DNA of 64,000 nucleotides from positions 77,932 to 141,931 of the forward strand of contig PMKN01000089.1 of the NCBI GenBank assembly GCA_003158675.1, in the 5' to 3' direction. This DNA comes from Chloroflexota bacterium. Lineage in GTDB: Bacteria > Chloroflexota > Limnocylindria > Limnocylindrales > CSP1-4. Position 1 is the first letter of the stretch. Each line of letters opens with the position of its first letter. A program made the position numbers and the translations under genes. This document shows positions 1 through 9,997 of the stretch, in pieces. The notes beneath the pieces are model-generated. The model did not search any database. It was not told the origin of the DNA and worked only from the letters and a program-made list of their open reading frames with translations.

Positions 1-749
1 TCGCGCAGCGACGTGACCAGGTAAGAGACAAGGGTCAATACGGCCGGACCGAAAAGGCGCGGCAGCGCCAGGACCCGCACCAGGACGCCGGCCGGAGCCA
101 GGATCATCGAGTACTGGTACAGCGCGACGGCCGCGTAGCCCCGCTTGTGGGGCCTCAGAGCGGCGATGCGGTAACCCGACAGGCCACCGATTGCGACGTC
201 CAGGGCGACCGTGGCTAGGAATGCTGCGACAGTGAGCGGGTGGCCATCGCCGGCCACTCCGCCGGGCACGATGCCCCCGATCGCGGCGAAGCCCAGGAAT
301 GCCAGGCCGAACCCGCCCAGGCGGGCAGAGGTGGGCCGGGCATGTGGGGCGTCGGACGACGCGTCTGAAGCGCCTGCGGGCGCCTCGGACGCCGCATCGG
401 CCGAGGCCGCGTCCGGCGTCTCGTCACCGGCGACCGTAGGCATCTCGACCCGGACCGCCCAAGTGACGACCAGCCATGCGCCGGCGAAGACAAAGGCGAC
501 CCACGGCACCGGGTCGAGAAGCCGGGCAGTCCCCACAGATGCGAACGCGGCGACGCCGGGGAGGACGACGCGGTCCAGTGGCCAGCGCCACGGCCTTGTC
601 TCGCCCAGGATGCCTGCGGTTCCGGCGACCGCGACGACGACGGCCAGCACAGTCACGACCCACAACGGCACATCGGACACGAAACGGCCGAGGGCGGCCA
701 GGGTGGCCACGGTCAGCCCCAGCTCGAGGGCGCCCTTGCGTTGCTGCAT
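1..749 (-). CDS. membrane protein, partial (runs off window start)
   Basis: Manual translation of the minus frame from ATG at 749: MQQRKGALELGLTVATLAALG... It has several hydrophobic helices (LGGFGLAFLGFAAIGGIV; LTVAAFLATVALDVAIGG; YAAVALYQYSMILAPAGVLV; LFGPAVLTLVSYLVTSL) and an acidic Ala/Ser/Asp-rich loop. It is absent from the ORF track because no stop lies inside the window. Confidence 0.35.
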   Translation of the reverse strand, partial: MQQRKGALELGLTVATLAALGRFVSDVPLWVVTVLAVVVAVAGTAGILGETRPWRWPLDRVVLPGVAAFASVGTARLLDPVPWVAFVFAGAWLVVTWAVRVEMPTVAGDETPDAASADAASEAPAGASDASSDAPHARPTSARLGGFGLAFLGFAAIGGIVPGGVAGDGHPLTVAAFLATVALDVAIGGLSGYRIAALRPHKRGYAAVALYQYSMILAPAGVLVRVLALPRLFGPAVLTLVSYLVTSLR

Positions 750-811
750 TCGGGCATGGTACGCAACCTCACCCGACTTCGTCCGGTTTGGCCAACCGGC
801 GAACGCCCCGT

Positions 812-2668
812 CTAGGTGCGCGCCCTGGCGGGCTTGCAGCCCGCCCACTCCAGAAGTTGGGCGCGTGAGCGGGTGTTCATGATCTGGCTGGCGCTCAGCC
901 AGGCTCGGCGTGCCATGGCTGTACCCCAGCGAACGTTGTCCAACTCCTCGATCCGGTGGGCGTCCGAGTCGATCGTGAAGACGCACCCGAATTCGGAAGC
1001 GCGGCGAGCCCGGACGTCCGAGAGGTCGAGCCGCTCGTCCGAGCCGTTGAGCTCGAGGGCGGTGCCGGTCCGGGCGGCCTCCGCGAAGACGACGTCCCAG
1101 TCGAGGTCGAGGTCGTCGCGGCCGCCGATGTAGCGACCCGCAGGGTGAGCGATGACGTCAACGTGCGGGTTTCCTATGGCGGCTAGAGTCCGGCCCGTCA
1201 GCTGATCGCGAGTCTGGCGCCGAGCGACATGGACGGAGGCAACGACCAGGTCGTAACCAGCCAGTACCTCGTCCGGATAGTCCAGAGTTGCGTCGGCGCG
1301 GACCTCCAGCTCGCAGCCGTGCAGCAGCCGGAAGCCCTCGCCCGACGTTTCCGGAGGAGCGGTCCCGCTGGCCTCCTCGTCAGCGAACCGCTGATTGAGA
1401 GCCGCCACGATCCGCCGCTGCCGCCCCACACGCTCGAGATCGAGCCCGCGAGCTATGGCGAGGCTGGCGGTGTGGTCGGTCAACGCCAGGTAAGAGTAGC
1501 CGCGCCGCCGCGCCTCCAGGGCCATCTGCTCGATCGAATGCACCCCATCAGACCAGTCGGAGTGGCTGTGGCAATCGCCGCGCAAATCGCTGCGGCGGAC
1601 GAGCGCCGGCAACTTCCCGGCGACCGCCGCCTCGATCTCGCCGCGGTCCTCGCGCAGCTCGGGCTCGATGAACGGCAAGCCGAGGAATTCGTAGGCCGCC
1701 TCCTCCGTCGGGAAGGTTCGAAGCTCAGTCGCCTCGCCCGCCTCCCCGACAGCCGGTTCGCCGTCCTCGCCAAGTCGCAGGTAGCCCTTCTCCGAGAGGC
1801 TCCAGCCACGGTCTCGAGCCATACCGCGCAGCCGGACGTTGTGCTCCTTGGACCCCGTGAAATGGATGCGATAGGTACCCGCTTCGCCGGGCGGCATGAT
1901 CATCAGATCCACTTGCGGCCCGCGCAGCAGGCGAACCGCGGCCTTGTGTGGTCCCTTCGCCAGCACGGACTCGACCGATCCGAGCGACGTGAAGCGCTCC
2001 ACCAGCGCCTCCGGGCGATGAGTCTCCGCCAGCAGGTCGATGTCCCCGATCGTCTCGCGCCTCCGGCGGTACGACCCGGCTGGCTCGATGGACGACAATC
2101 CCGGCACGCCGGACAGCTCGGCCAGCAACGCCTCGACGATCGCCTCGGCCTGGCCGAGTCGCATCCGCTCCTGGCGACTCTCGAGGGCTTCGATCCCAGC
2201 CAGGATCTGTCGCTCGGTCTTCTCAGACATGCCCCGCAGCCCACGAAGCGTCCCGCCCTCCGCAGCTCGCCGCAGATCCTCGAGGCTTTCGACACCCAGC
2301 TCGTCGTGGAGTTGCCTGACCGTCCGCGGCCCGACACCGGGGATGGCCAGCAGCGCAACCAGGCTCGGCGGGATCTCATCGCGGAGCCGGTCGTAGAAGG
2401 CCAGGCGCCCCGTGCGGGCAAGCTCCTCGATCTTCTTCGCAATCGCCTCACCCACTCCGGCGATGCGAGGCGGCCGACCCTCGATGTAGGCGCGGGCAAC
2501 CTCGACCGGCGAGTGGGCGATCGCGTCGGCGGCCCGATGGTAGGCAACTGTCTTGAAGACGAGCTCGCCCTTGACCTCGAGCATGTCGCCGATCTCGTGG
2601 AAGACGCGGGCCAGCTCTCCGTTCGAAAGGGCGGCCGCGGGCCCCGCGGGCGGGGAAGGCTCCATCAC
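812..2668 (-). CDS. polX: DNA polymerase/3'-5' exonuclease PolX (Pol-beta-like N-terminal domain + C-terminal PHP phosphoesterase domain)
   Basis: 618 aa. N-terminal HhH/Pol-beta fingers and palm (GVGPRTVRQL..., GSYRRRRETIGDIDLL); C-terminal PHP domain with His/Asp metal ligands (GDCHSHSDWSDG..., LTDHT..., HPAGRY..., IDSDAH). Confidence 0.9.
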   Translation of the reverse strand: MMEPSPPAGPAAALSNGELARVFHEIGDMLEVKGELVFKTVAYHRAADAIAHSPVEVARAYIEGRPPRIAGVGEAIAKKIEELARTGRLAFYDRLRDEIPPSLVALLAIPGVGPRTVRQLHDELGVESLEDLRRAAEGGTLRGLRGMSEKTERQILAGIEALESRQERMRLGQAEAIVEALLAELSGVPGLSSIEPAGSYRRRRETIGDIDLLAETHRPEALVERFTSLGSVESVLAKGPHKAAVRLLRGPQVDLMIMPPGEAGTYRIHFTGSKEHNVRLRGMARDRGWSLSEKGYLRLGEDGEPAVGEAGEATELRTFPTEEAAYEFLGLPFIEPELREDRGEIEAAVAGKLPALVRRSDLRGDCHSHSDWSDGVHSIEQMALEARRRGYSYLALTDHTASLAIARGLDLERVGRQRRIVAALNQRFADEEASGTAPPETSGEGFRLLHGCELEVRADATLDYPDEVLAGYDLVVASVHVARRQTRDQLTGRTLAAIGNPHVDVIAHPAGRYIGGRDDLDLDWDVVFAEAARTGTALELNGSDERLDLSDVRARRASEFGCVFTIDSDAHRIEELDNVRWGTAMARRAWLSASQIMNTRSRAQLLEWAGCKPARART

Positions 2669-2693
2669 CGAATCTTAGTCCGCGCCGAGCTGG

Positions 2694-4112
2694 TTAGACC
2701 TCCCAGAGCCAGGACTCCACCACCCGGTCTCGGCCCGTGCGCTTGGCCGCGTAGAGAGCGCGATCGGCCCGCTCCACGATCTCCGATATGGGCTCGTCAG
2801 CCGTCTGGCCGCTGGCCACGCCCACCGATACCGTGACCCGATCCGTCACCCCGGCCTCGATCAGATTCGTATCCCGGACGCTCTGGCGAATCCGCTCTCC
2901 GACCTCGAGCGCCACGCCCGCAGAAGGGTTGCGGAGCAGGACCATGAACTCCTCGCCGCCATATCGAGCGGGAAGGTCCTCTTCCCGGACCGACACCTGG
3001 ATGGCGTTGGCAATCGCCCGTAGAACCTGGTCGCCGACGTGATGGCCGTACATGTCGTTCAAGCGCTTGAAGTGATCGACGTCCACTGCGAGGATTGCGG
3101 CCCTATCTGAGGCGCGCCGGCGGCTGGCCACCAGGGCGCAGTACTCGTCGAAGTAGCGCCGGTTCGGCAGCTGGGTGAGCTGGTCGGTTCGCGCCTCGGT
3201 CTCCGCCGCCTGGTGCGCGTAGACCCTGGCCAAGGCCGCGGTGGTCTCGACCGCCGCGCTGTTGAGCAGCCGGACGGTCGAATCGGTCCACGGGTCACTG
3301 GTCCGTCGCGACAGCACAATCGCGCCCACGATCGAATCGCCGTCCACAAGCGGGGCGGCCAGCGTGTTGCGCAAGCCGTACGCGTCGCGGAGGCGGTAAG
3401 CGATCTGGTCGGCCACGTCTCGGGCGTTGACTTTTGTGCTGACCTGACGGTCGATCCCAGCGACGGACGAACGAAGCAGCTGCGGGTCGTCGAAGGCGGA
3501 GTTGGCGTCCATCACGGCGGCGTCCGGGCGTCCGGTGGCTGCTGCGCCGTCGGCTTCGCGCCAGCGGTCGCCCGCTTCGGTAGGGGCAGCCCGCAACCTG
3601 CGCGTCTCGATGGGCTCCAGCTGCCGGATCGGCATGACCGTGTTCGAGGGCTGCGCGCCGGCCGTCATCGAGACGAAACTCACGTCCAGGACGCCACCGC
3701 CGGGTCGCATTTGCACTACGGCCACGTGGTCCGCGCCGGTCGCAGCGCCCAGCTCGTGGACGATTGCCTGGATCACGGCACCCGGCGAAACAGACCGCGA
3801 CAGCGCCTGGAGCAAGCGTCCGAAGCTTTGAGCCTCCGAATGGCGCCTTTCCACCAGGATGCCCGAAGCGCGGGCATTCATTACCGCCGAGGCGACGAGA
3901 AACGCCGTCGCAACCGCGAGCGCCAGGTCACCGAAGCCATTTCGACCCGCCACGAAACCCACGACCGCCTGCCCAACGAGCAGCGTGATCGCAATGCCGA
4001 GCAGGGTCCAGGTCAGGGCAATCGACTGGGGACCGAGTCTGGGCGATCGGCCATCGCCTTCGTAATGAATCGTCTGGCTCACGATGCAAGCATGCCTCAA
4101 AGGTGAGGTCAC
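2694..4112 (-). CDS. membrane-anchored GAF-GGDEF diguanylate cyclase
   Basis: 472 aa. N-terminal TM helices, a central GAF-like region, and a C-terminal GGDEF domain with intact active site RYGGEEF plus the I-site-like RxxD (DVDHFKRLND). Confidence 0.85.
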   Translation of the reverse strand: MTSPLRHACIVSQTIHYEGDGRSPRLGPQSIALTWTLLGIAITLLVGQAVVGFVAGRNGFGDLALAVATAFLVASAVMNARASGILVERRHSEAQSFGRLLQALSRSVSPGAVIQAIVHELGAATGADHVAVVQMRPGGGVLDVSFVSMTAGAQPSNTVMPIRQLEPIETRRLRAAPTEAGDRWREADGAAATGRPDAAVMDANSAFDDPQLLRSSVAGIDRQVSTKVNARDVADQIAYRLRDAYGLRNTLAAPLVDGDSIVGAIVLSRRTSDPWTDSTVRLLNSAAVETTAALARVYAHQAAETEARTDQLTQLPNRRYFDEYCALVASRRRASDRAAILAVDVDHFKRLNDMYGHHVGDQVLRAIANAIQVSVREEDLPARYGGEEFMVLLRNPSAGVALEVGERIRQSVRDTNLIEAGVTDRVTVSVGVASGQTADEPISEIVERADRALYAAKRTGRDRVVESWLWEV

Positions 4113-4423
4113 GAACCCGTCCTCACGTGAGTACGTGCAGACTAGCGCGAACCGTACTTCCGTTTTCGCCTCTCTCGCGTCGTTGACCGCGCCCGACCCG
4201 TCGGGCTACACTCCGGATGGTCTGGAGGGGCAATAAACCGTGCCTCCCGACCAGCATCACCCCGCTTTCGGAGGATCTCTCCCTCTGTGGAGACCGGACC
4301 AAGTACCCCCGGCGCGTTAGACGCCGACATCCGCTCAATGGTTCGCTCCGCCCTCTAAGGGGCTCGCGCCGCCGCAGGCGCGTGCCACCACGAGGCGGCG
4401 CGACCCCGCCGTCGAGGTGGCAG
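4113..4423 (+). promoter_or_regulatory. ~310-nt divergent intergenic/5' leader upstream of the MgtE-like/Nramp operon; possible structured leader
   Basis: Unusually long non-coding leader before a metal-transport operon. It contains an AGGTGAGG element followed by the inverted repeat GTGAGG...CCTCAC. No confident riboswitch assignment is possible by eye. Confidence 0.2.
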
Positions 4424-5701
4424 ATGCTCTATCTGAGCCAGGCGATTGGCCGACCCGTGCGTGACAAGCTGGGCGAGCCGATCGGGGCCGTCGCCGACCT
4501 GATCGTCGCCATCGGCGATCGCTATCCCCCGGTGACCGGCATCGTGGTCAAGACCAACGGCCGCGAAATCTTCCTCCACTGGCAGTCGGTGGGCTCCCTG
4601 GACGCCGGCGGCGCGACCCTGCGCACGACCGCCATCGATATCAGCAAGTTCCACCAGCGGCCCAACGAGATACGCCTCAAGCGCGACCTGATGGACCGCC
4701 AGATCGTGGACATCGACGGCCGCAAGGTCGTGCGCGTGAACGACCTGCGCCTCGACGAGGTCGAAGGCGCCCTCCACCTGGTGGCAGTGGACGTCGGCGC
4801 TTCGGGGCTGCTTCGCCGGCTCGGCATCGAAGGTCCGTGGCGGACCATCGCGCGGGGCTTTCGGCGCGGCGTGGCGGAACGCTACATCGACTGGGAGGAC
4901 GTCGATCCACTGGAGCGCACGATCGCCAGTGTCAAGCTCCGCGTACCCCACAAGGGTCTGGCGGAACTCCATCCCGCGGACCTGGCCACCATCATCGACC
5001 AGCTTGGGCGCGACGACCGCGTCGGCCTCATAACGTCGCTAGACGACGAGGCTGCCGCCGACGCCATCGGCGAGATGGAGCCCGAGACCCAGGTCGACAT
5101 CCTCGAGGACCTGGAGCCGGGTCGCGCGGCGGACATCCTCGAGGAGATGGACCCGGATGAGGCAGCAGACCTGGTCGCAGACCTGTCCGACGAGAGCCGG
5201 GTCGAGATCCTGGGCCTCATGGAGAAGGACGAAGCGGAAGAGGTCAAGGAGTTGATGACGTACGGCGAGGACACAGCCGGCGGCATCATGACCACGGAGT
5301 TCGTGGCCGTCCCGGCCAGCCTCACCGCGGGACAAACGATCGACCGATTGCGGGAACTCGAACCCGAGGCCGAGACGATCTACTACGTGTACGTCACCGA
5401 CGACGCGGGCAAGCTCGTCGGCGTCCTGTCGCTGCGGGACCTGATCGTCGCCAAGCCGGACACGTGTATCTCCACGTTCATGTTCGACGAGCCCGTGGCG
5501 GTCCACACCGATGCCAGCCAGGAGCAGGTGACCGATGCGGTGGCCCGGTACAACCTGCTGGCCCTGCCTGTCGTGGACGGCGAAGGCCACCTTGAAGGAA
5601 TCGTCACGGTCGACGACGCCATCGACACGCTCCTGCCCCAGCCGACCAAGCGCCACCTGCCCCGTCTCTTCGGCCGCGGCTCCGGATCTTCGGATCGATG
5701 A
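4424..5701 (+). CDS. soluble MgtE-like regulatory protein (PRC-barrel + MgtE N-domain + tandem CBS), no transmembrane domain
   Basis: ATG at 4424 preceded by GAGGTGG. It has an acidic MgtE_N helical region (DDEAAADAIGEMEPETQVDILEDLEP...) and a CBS pair (TTEFVAVPASLTAGQTIDRLRE...; VLSLRDLIVA...ALPVVDGEGHLEGIVTVDD). It ends without the MgtE membrane pore. Its stop overlaps the next start (ATGA at 5698-5701). Confidence 0.8.
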   Translation: MLYLSQAIGRPVRDKLGEPIGAVADLIVAIGDRYPPVTGIVVKTNGREIFLHWQSVGSLDAGGATLRTTAIDISKFHQRPNEIRLKRDLMDRQIVDIDGRKVVRVNDLRLDEVEGALHLVAVDVGASGLLRRLGIEGPWRTIARGFRRGVAERYIDWEDVDPLERTIASVKLRVPHKGLAELHPADLATIIDQLGRDDRVGLITSLDDEAAADAIGEMEPETQVDILEDLEPGRAADILEEMDPDEAADLVADLSDESRVEILGLMEKDEAEEVKELMTYGEDTAGGIMTTEFVAVPASLTAGQTIDRLRELEPEAETIYYVYVTDDAGKLVGVLSLRDLIVAKPDTCISTFMFDEPVAVHTDASQEQVTDAVARYNLLALPVVDGEGHLEGIVTVDDAIDTLLPQPTKRHLPRLFGRGSGSSDR

Positions 5702-6990
5702 AGGGGCCGAGCCTGTCCATAAGCCCGAGGGCTGCCAATCGGGTCCGCTTCGCCGCCATTCTGGGCGTCCTCGGTCCGGGCCTCGTGAGTGGCTTCGCCG
5801 ACAACGACGCCGGCGGTATTACCACCTACTCCGTTGCCGGCGTGAAGTACGGCTACGAGTTGCTATGGGTCCTGCTGGCCAGCCAGATCGTCCTCTTCTT
5901 CACTCAGGAAGTTGGGGCGCGGCTGGGGCTGGCCACCGGGCAGGGCCTCACCGGGCTTGTGCGCGAACGGTTCGGCGTGCGCTGGGTCACGTTTCTCACG
6001 ATCACCATGCTCATCGCCAACATCGGCTCGATCGTGGCCGAGTTCGCGGGCACCGCGGCTGCCCTGAGCCTGTTCGGTGTGGCGCCGGCAATCAGCGGTG
6101 TCATTGCGGCTACGGTCGTCATCCTGCTCATCACCCGCGGCAGCTTCAGCAAGGTCCAGTACCTGTTCGTTGCCGTGGGCATCGGCGTTTCACTCTCCTA
6201 CCTCGCGTCGGCGCTGATGTCACATCCGGATTGGGGCGCCGCCTTCCACTCGCTCGTGGTGCCCAGCGTGGCTCACAGCGGCTCCAGCACGGGCGCGTAC
6301 TGGCTGGCGGTGGTGGCGACGGTCGGCACCACGATTACTCCCTGGGGCCAGGCCTTCATCCAGTCCTATTGCGCGGACAAGCGCCTCGGGCCCGAGGATC
6401 TCGTCGGCGAACGTCTGGACGTTGGGCTCGGCGCTCTCCTCACGAATCTGATCGCCGCTTTCATCGTGATCGCGTGCGCCGCCGCCCTCTGGTCGAATCA
6501 CAAGGTGATCGACACGAACAGTCCACAGGCCGTGGCTGACATCGCCAAGGCTCTCGCGCCGCTCGCCGGCGAGGGAGCGAAGTACCTGTTTGCCATTGGC
6601 CTGCTCGCCGCCTCTTTCCTGGGACTGGGAGTTGTGCCGCTGACGAGTGCGTACGCCGCCTGCGAAGCGTTCGGATGGGAAACGGGGGTGGACTGGCGTT
6701 TCCGCGAGGCTCCCGCCTTCTACGGGCTGATCGTCTTCTTCATCGTCATCGCGGCGGTCTTCGTCCTGATCCCCGGGCTGCCGCTGGTTCAGGTGATGCT
6801 CATGGCCCAGGTCCTCAACGCGCTGCTTCTGCCGTTCGTCCTGGTATTCGTGATGCTCCTCGCGTCGGACAAGAAGCTGATGGGGCCGCTCGTAAGCGGG
6901 CGCCTCGTATCGGCGATCGGCTGGGCTGGGACCGTCCTGCTGGTGGTGCTGTCGCTGACCCTCGTGGCGAGTTCGTTCGTGGCGGTGTAG
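5698..6990 (+). CDS. Nramp-family divalent metal (Mn/Mg-type) transporter
   Basis: 430 aa polytopic membrane protein. It has an Nramp-like TM1 motif (GFADNDAGGITTYSVAGVKYGYELLWVLL) and is translationally coupled to the MgtE-like protein upstream. Confidence 0.75.
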   Translation: MKGPSLSISPRAANRVRFAAILGVLGPGLVSGFADNDAGGITTYSVAGVKYGYELLWVLLASQIVLFFTQEVGARLGLATGQGLTGLVRERFGVRWVTFLTITMLIANIGSIVAEFAGTAAALSLFGVAPAISGVIAATVVILLITRGSFSKVQYLFVAVGIGVSLSYLASALMSHPDWGAAFHSLVVPSVAHSGSSTGAYWLAVVATVGTTITPWGQAFIQSYCADKRLGPEDLVGERLDVGLGALLTNLIAAFIVIACAAALWSNHKVIDTNSPQAVADIAKALAPLAGEGAKYLFAIGLLAASFLGLGVVPLTSAYAACEAFGWETGVDWRFREAPAFYGLIVFFIVIAAVFVLIPGLPLVQVMLMAQVLNALLLPFVLVFVMLLASDKKLMGPLVSGRLVSAIGWAGTVLLVVLSLTLVASSFVAV

Positions 6991-7277
6991 GCGCCGCTCG
7001 TGCGGGCGGACGGCCCGCTTCGCAGGCATCCGCCCGCACGCTCGATGCCCCACGGCTAACATGAGGCGATGCCGCGTCTGATCCCGTGTGTCGTCGGCGC
7101 ACGACCCACTTCCATGAAGATGGCGCCGTCGCCGGACGCGTTTCGGCGGTGGCTCGGCCCATCCAGGCGGGGTGGTCTCCCGATCCATGCGCCCATTCCG
7201 CTCCCGTTCGAGGGCGCACCGCGTCCCTTGCGCGCCGTTCCCGAACCGACCGAACCATCGAACCGGAAGGAGAAAGG

Positions 7278-8624
7278 GTGAAGGACGACCGAAGCGTCGG
7301 TGTAATTGGCTTGGGCTATGTCGGGCTGCCGCTGGCGCTCGGATTCCAGGAAGCAGGGCTGACCGTTGTCGGCGTGGATGCAAGTCCGAGCCGCGTGGCC
7401 GAACTGAACGCCGGACACTCACCCATCGACGACGTCGACGACACGCGCCTGGCCGGCGCGCTCCAGGGCGGCATCAAGTTCATCGGCAACAGCGAGGCCC
7501 AGGGCCCGCTGACCGAGATCGACGCCATCGTGGTCTGCGTCCCTACCCCGATCACCCAGTCCAAGGATCCGGACCTGGCCCCGGTTCTCGCCTCTGCCCG
7601 GATGCTCAGCGGGTCGCTGCGAGCCGGTCAGCTGGTCGTACTCCAATCGACCACCTTCCCCGGAACCACGACAGGTCCATTTCGAGCTGAGCTAGAGCTG
7701 TCGGGCCTGGCCGCCGGCCGCGACTTCGACCTCGCTTTCGCCCCGGAGCGGATCAACCCGGGCGATCCATTGAGCGCCGGACGAGACGTCCCACGCCTGG
7801 TCGGTGGCTCGACGCCTCAAGCCACGCAACGCGCCAAGCGACTCTTCGAGAACATCAACAGGCGTGTGGTCCCACTCTCCTCGCCGGATGCCGCTGAGCT
7901 GGCGAAACTCCTGGAGAACGTCTTCCGAAGCGTCAACATCGCCTTCGTCAATCAACTCGCGCTCCTGTGCGAGCGGATGGGTCTCGATGTCTGGGAAGTC
8001 GTCGACGCCGCCGCGACCAAACCGTTCGGATTCATGGCATTCCGCCCCGGGCCTGGCGTAGGCGGCCATTGCATTCCGGTGGATCCCTACTACCTGGCCT
8101 GGCGTACCCGCGAGTTCGACTTCGTGGAGCGCTTCATCGAGCTGGCCGGCGACATCAACCTGGCCATGCCTCGTCACGTCGTGGAGCTCGCCATCGAGGC
8201 CCTCAACCGGCGAGGCAAGCCACTCATGGGAACTCGCGTCGGGGTCATGGGCGTGGCCTTCAAACCCGACGTTCAGGACGCCCGCAACGCGCCTGCAGCG
8301 AGCGTGATGACCATCCTGCGCCAGGGTGGCGCAGTCGTTTCATATCACGACCCGCACGTGCCCAAGTTCTGCGACACCGAGGGGGTGGAATACGCCTCCG
8401 TCCCGCTCGATCGGTTGCTCGGAGACTCCGCTCTGATCGTCGTCGTCACGGCGCACAAAGCTCACGACTGGGCGGACGTCTATGCGCGGGCGGACCTTGT
8501 CGTGGACACCGTCAACAGCTCGAGGGGCATGGTGCGAAGAGCGGACCAGGTATTGCGGCTCGGTGCCGGCTGGGCGGTTTCGGACGCGGCCGACGCGGCC
8601 ACGATCGATCGGCCTCCGGCTTAG
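7278..8624 (+). CDS. nucleotide-sugar 6-dehydrogenase (UDP-glucose/UDP-N-acetyl-hexosamine dehydrogenase family)
   Basis: GTG at 7278 after GGAGAAAGG; the track's 7086 start is an upstream in-frame extension. It has the N-terminal Rossmann motif VGVIGLGYVGLPLA and the catalytic-cysteine motif GPGVGGHCIPVDPYYL. Confidence 0.85.
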   Translation: MKDDRSVGVIGLGYVGLPLALGFQEAGLTVVGVDASPSRVAELNAGHSPIDDVDDTRLAGALQGGIKFIGNSEAQGPLTEIDAIVVCVPTPITQSKDPDLAPVLASARMLSGSLRAGQLVVLQSTTFPGTTTGPFRAELELSGLAAGRDFDLAFAPERINPGDPLSAGRDVPRLVGGSTPQATQRAKRLFENINRRVVPLSSPDAAELAKLLENVFRSVNIAFVNQLALLCERMGLDVWEVVDAAATKPFGFMAFRPGPGVGGHCIPVDPYYLAWRTREFDFVERFIELAGDINLAMPRHVVELAIEALNRRGKPLMGTRVGVMGVAFKPDVQDARNAPAASVMTILRQGGAVVSYHDPHVPKFCDTEGVEYASVPLDRLLGDSALIVVVTAHKAHDWADVYARADLVVDTVNSSRGMVRRADQVLRLGAGWAVSDAADAATIDRPPA

Positions 8625-9997
8625 CCGCCGGCGACTCCATCCAGCTCGCGGGCGAGCTCGCCGGCCAGGTTGATCCGGTCGAACCGACCGGCCGGGTCCG
8701 CCGGCGCGGGCGCAGGGGTGTGGTCCAGCAGCCGCTCCAGGGCATCGGCGACGCTGCCCGGCTCGACGTCCGCAGCAATGCCGGTCGGAAGGCTCTCCAC
8801 CAGCGCCCGTCCCTCGCCGCGCGGCATTACGGCCAGGATCGGGCGGTCGAACGCGAGGTACTCGCTCAGCTTTCCACCGACGAAGATCTCCGCTCCGGCT
8901 ATGTCCGGCATGAGCTGCAGCAGCGCGTCCGCACCGGCCATCCTGGCGAGAGCCTTCGACCGTGGCATGAAGCCTTCGAAGCCGATTACCCCGCCCAGAC
9001 GCTCCGGTGTGTCGAACTCGGCCGCCGCCCTTGCGTTGGCGTCGTTGACGCGGCCGACGAAGTCCACCCGGAGGCGCGCTCGAAGGTCCGGCCGGCGCGC
9101 GAGCAGGCGTTCGACCCCCAGAAGGAACGTCTCCAGCTCCTTGGGGCGGTACAGGCTGCCCGCGTAAAGAAGGTGGAAGCCGCCCGGCTGGGGCGGCGGC
9201 GCCGGTTCAACACCGATGAGGTCCGACCGGTCGTAACCGTTGGGGATGTGCACGAATTTGCCGGCCAGCTCCGGGTAGCGCTCCTCGAACTGGACCCGCA
9301 TCGCGTCCACGGCCACGATCACCCGATCAGCCCGGGTCACGATCCAGCGCTCCATTCGGCGCTGCAGCCAGCGCTTGGGACGTGACATCGGCGCGGCGAA
9401 GGCATTGCCGATCCACGGATCGCGGAAGTCCGCCACCCAGGGTTTGTGAATGCGGCGCCGGATCAGGCCGGCCGCCAGATGAGTGGAGATTGGCGCCGCG
9501 CTCGAGTAGATGACGTCGCACCCATTGCCCCTGCCGGCCCGAACGCCGGCGCGCAGCGCAAAAGGCATCCAGGCGACCGAGCCGTCTGGGAAGAGCAACA
9601 CCGCCCAAACGCGGTTCCACACGACCGAAAGCTTGCGCAGGACACGCAGCGGCACGCTGCCCCGGGCCGAACTGGCCGTGAGGTCGCCGGTCACGGCCGT
9701 CGAACCGGCTGAGCGGAGCGAGCCCGCCGAGGTCCCTGTGCGCCGACTGAGCAGCCTCGCGGCCACGCTGGGCAGGCGTCCCGGCTCGAGGCTTGCCGTG
9801 CGATGGACCTCCAGCCCGGGAGCGAGCGTCGCCAGGAGCGAAGGGTCGCGGACGGGGAAGGCTGGGTCTCGCGGCGCGACCACGACCGGCTCCCACCCCC
9901 AGCGCGGCAGGTAGGTGACGTACTTGAGCGTCCGCTGAACGCCCACGCCGCCGACAGGCGGGAAGAAATACGTCACCACGAGGACGCGGCGGTTCAC
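8621..9997 (-). CDS. glycosyltransferase family 4 (GT-B fold)
   Basis: The 808-aa track ORF is an over-extension. The real start is GTG 9997, overlapping the upstream stop as GTGA. N-terminus VVTYFFPPVGGVGVQR...; C-terminal GT4 nucleotide-binding half (FVGGKLSEYLAFDRPILAV...). Confidence 0.75.
   Translation of the reverse strand: MNRRVLVVTYFFPPVGGVGVQRTLKYVTYLPRWGWEPVVVAPRDPAFPVRDPSLLATLAPGLEVHRTASLEPGRLPSVAARLLSRRTGTSAGSLRSAGSTAVTGDLTASSARGSVPLRVLRKLSVVWNRVWAVLLFPDGSVAWMPFALRAGVRAGRGNGCDVIYSSAAPISTHLAAGLIRRRIHKPWVADFRDPWIGNAFAAPMSRPKRWLQRRMERWIVTRADRVIVAVDAMRVQFEERYPELAGKFVHIPNGYDRSDLIGVEPAPPPQPGGFHLLYAGSLYRPKELETFLLGVERLLARRPDLRARLRVDFVGRVNDANARAAAEFDTPERLGGVIGFEGFMPRSKALARMAGADALLQLMPDIAGAEIFVGGKLSEYLAFDRPILAVMPRGEGRALVESLPTGIAADVEPGSVADALERLLDHTPAPAPADPAGRFDRINLAGELARELDGVAGG

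Noticed and set aside
211-882. 223-aa plus-strand ORF, Ala/Thr/Ser/Pro/Arg-rich
   Set aside because: Low-complexity product with no motifs. It lies antisense to a minus-strand frame that encodes a convincing membrane protein, so it is a GC-rich shadow ORF.
1229-2836. 535-aa plus-strand ORF
   Set aside because: Antisense to the PolX gene; Arg/Leu/Pro-rich junk translation.
4101-4200. AGGTGAGG plus a hairpin resembling the 5' end of an M-box riboswitch
   Set aside because: Only a short local resemblance. It partly overlaps the GGDEF gene start on the opposite strand, and the downstream M-box core could not be traced. It is kept as a low-confidence note, not called as an ncRNA.
6220-7422. 400-aa minus-strand ORF, His/Arg/Asp-rich
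   Set aside because: Antisense to the Nramp gene; highly charged nonsense composition.
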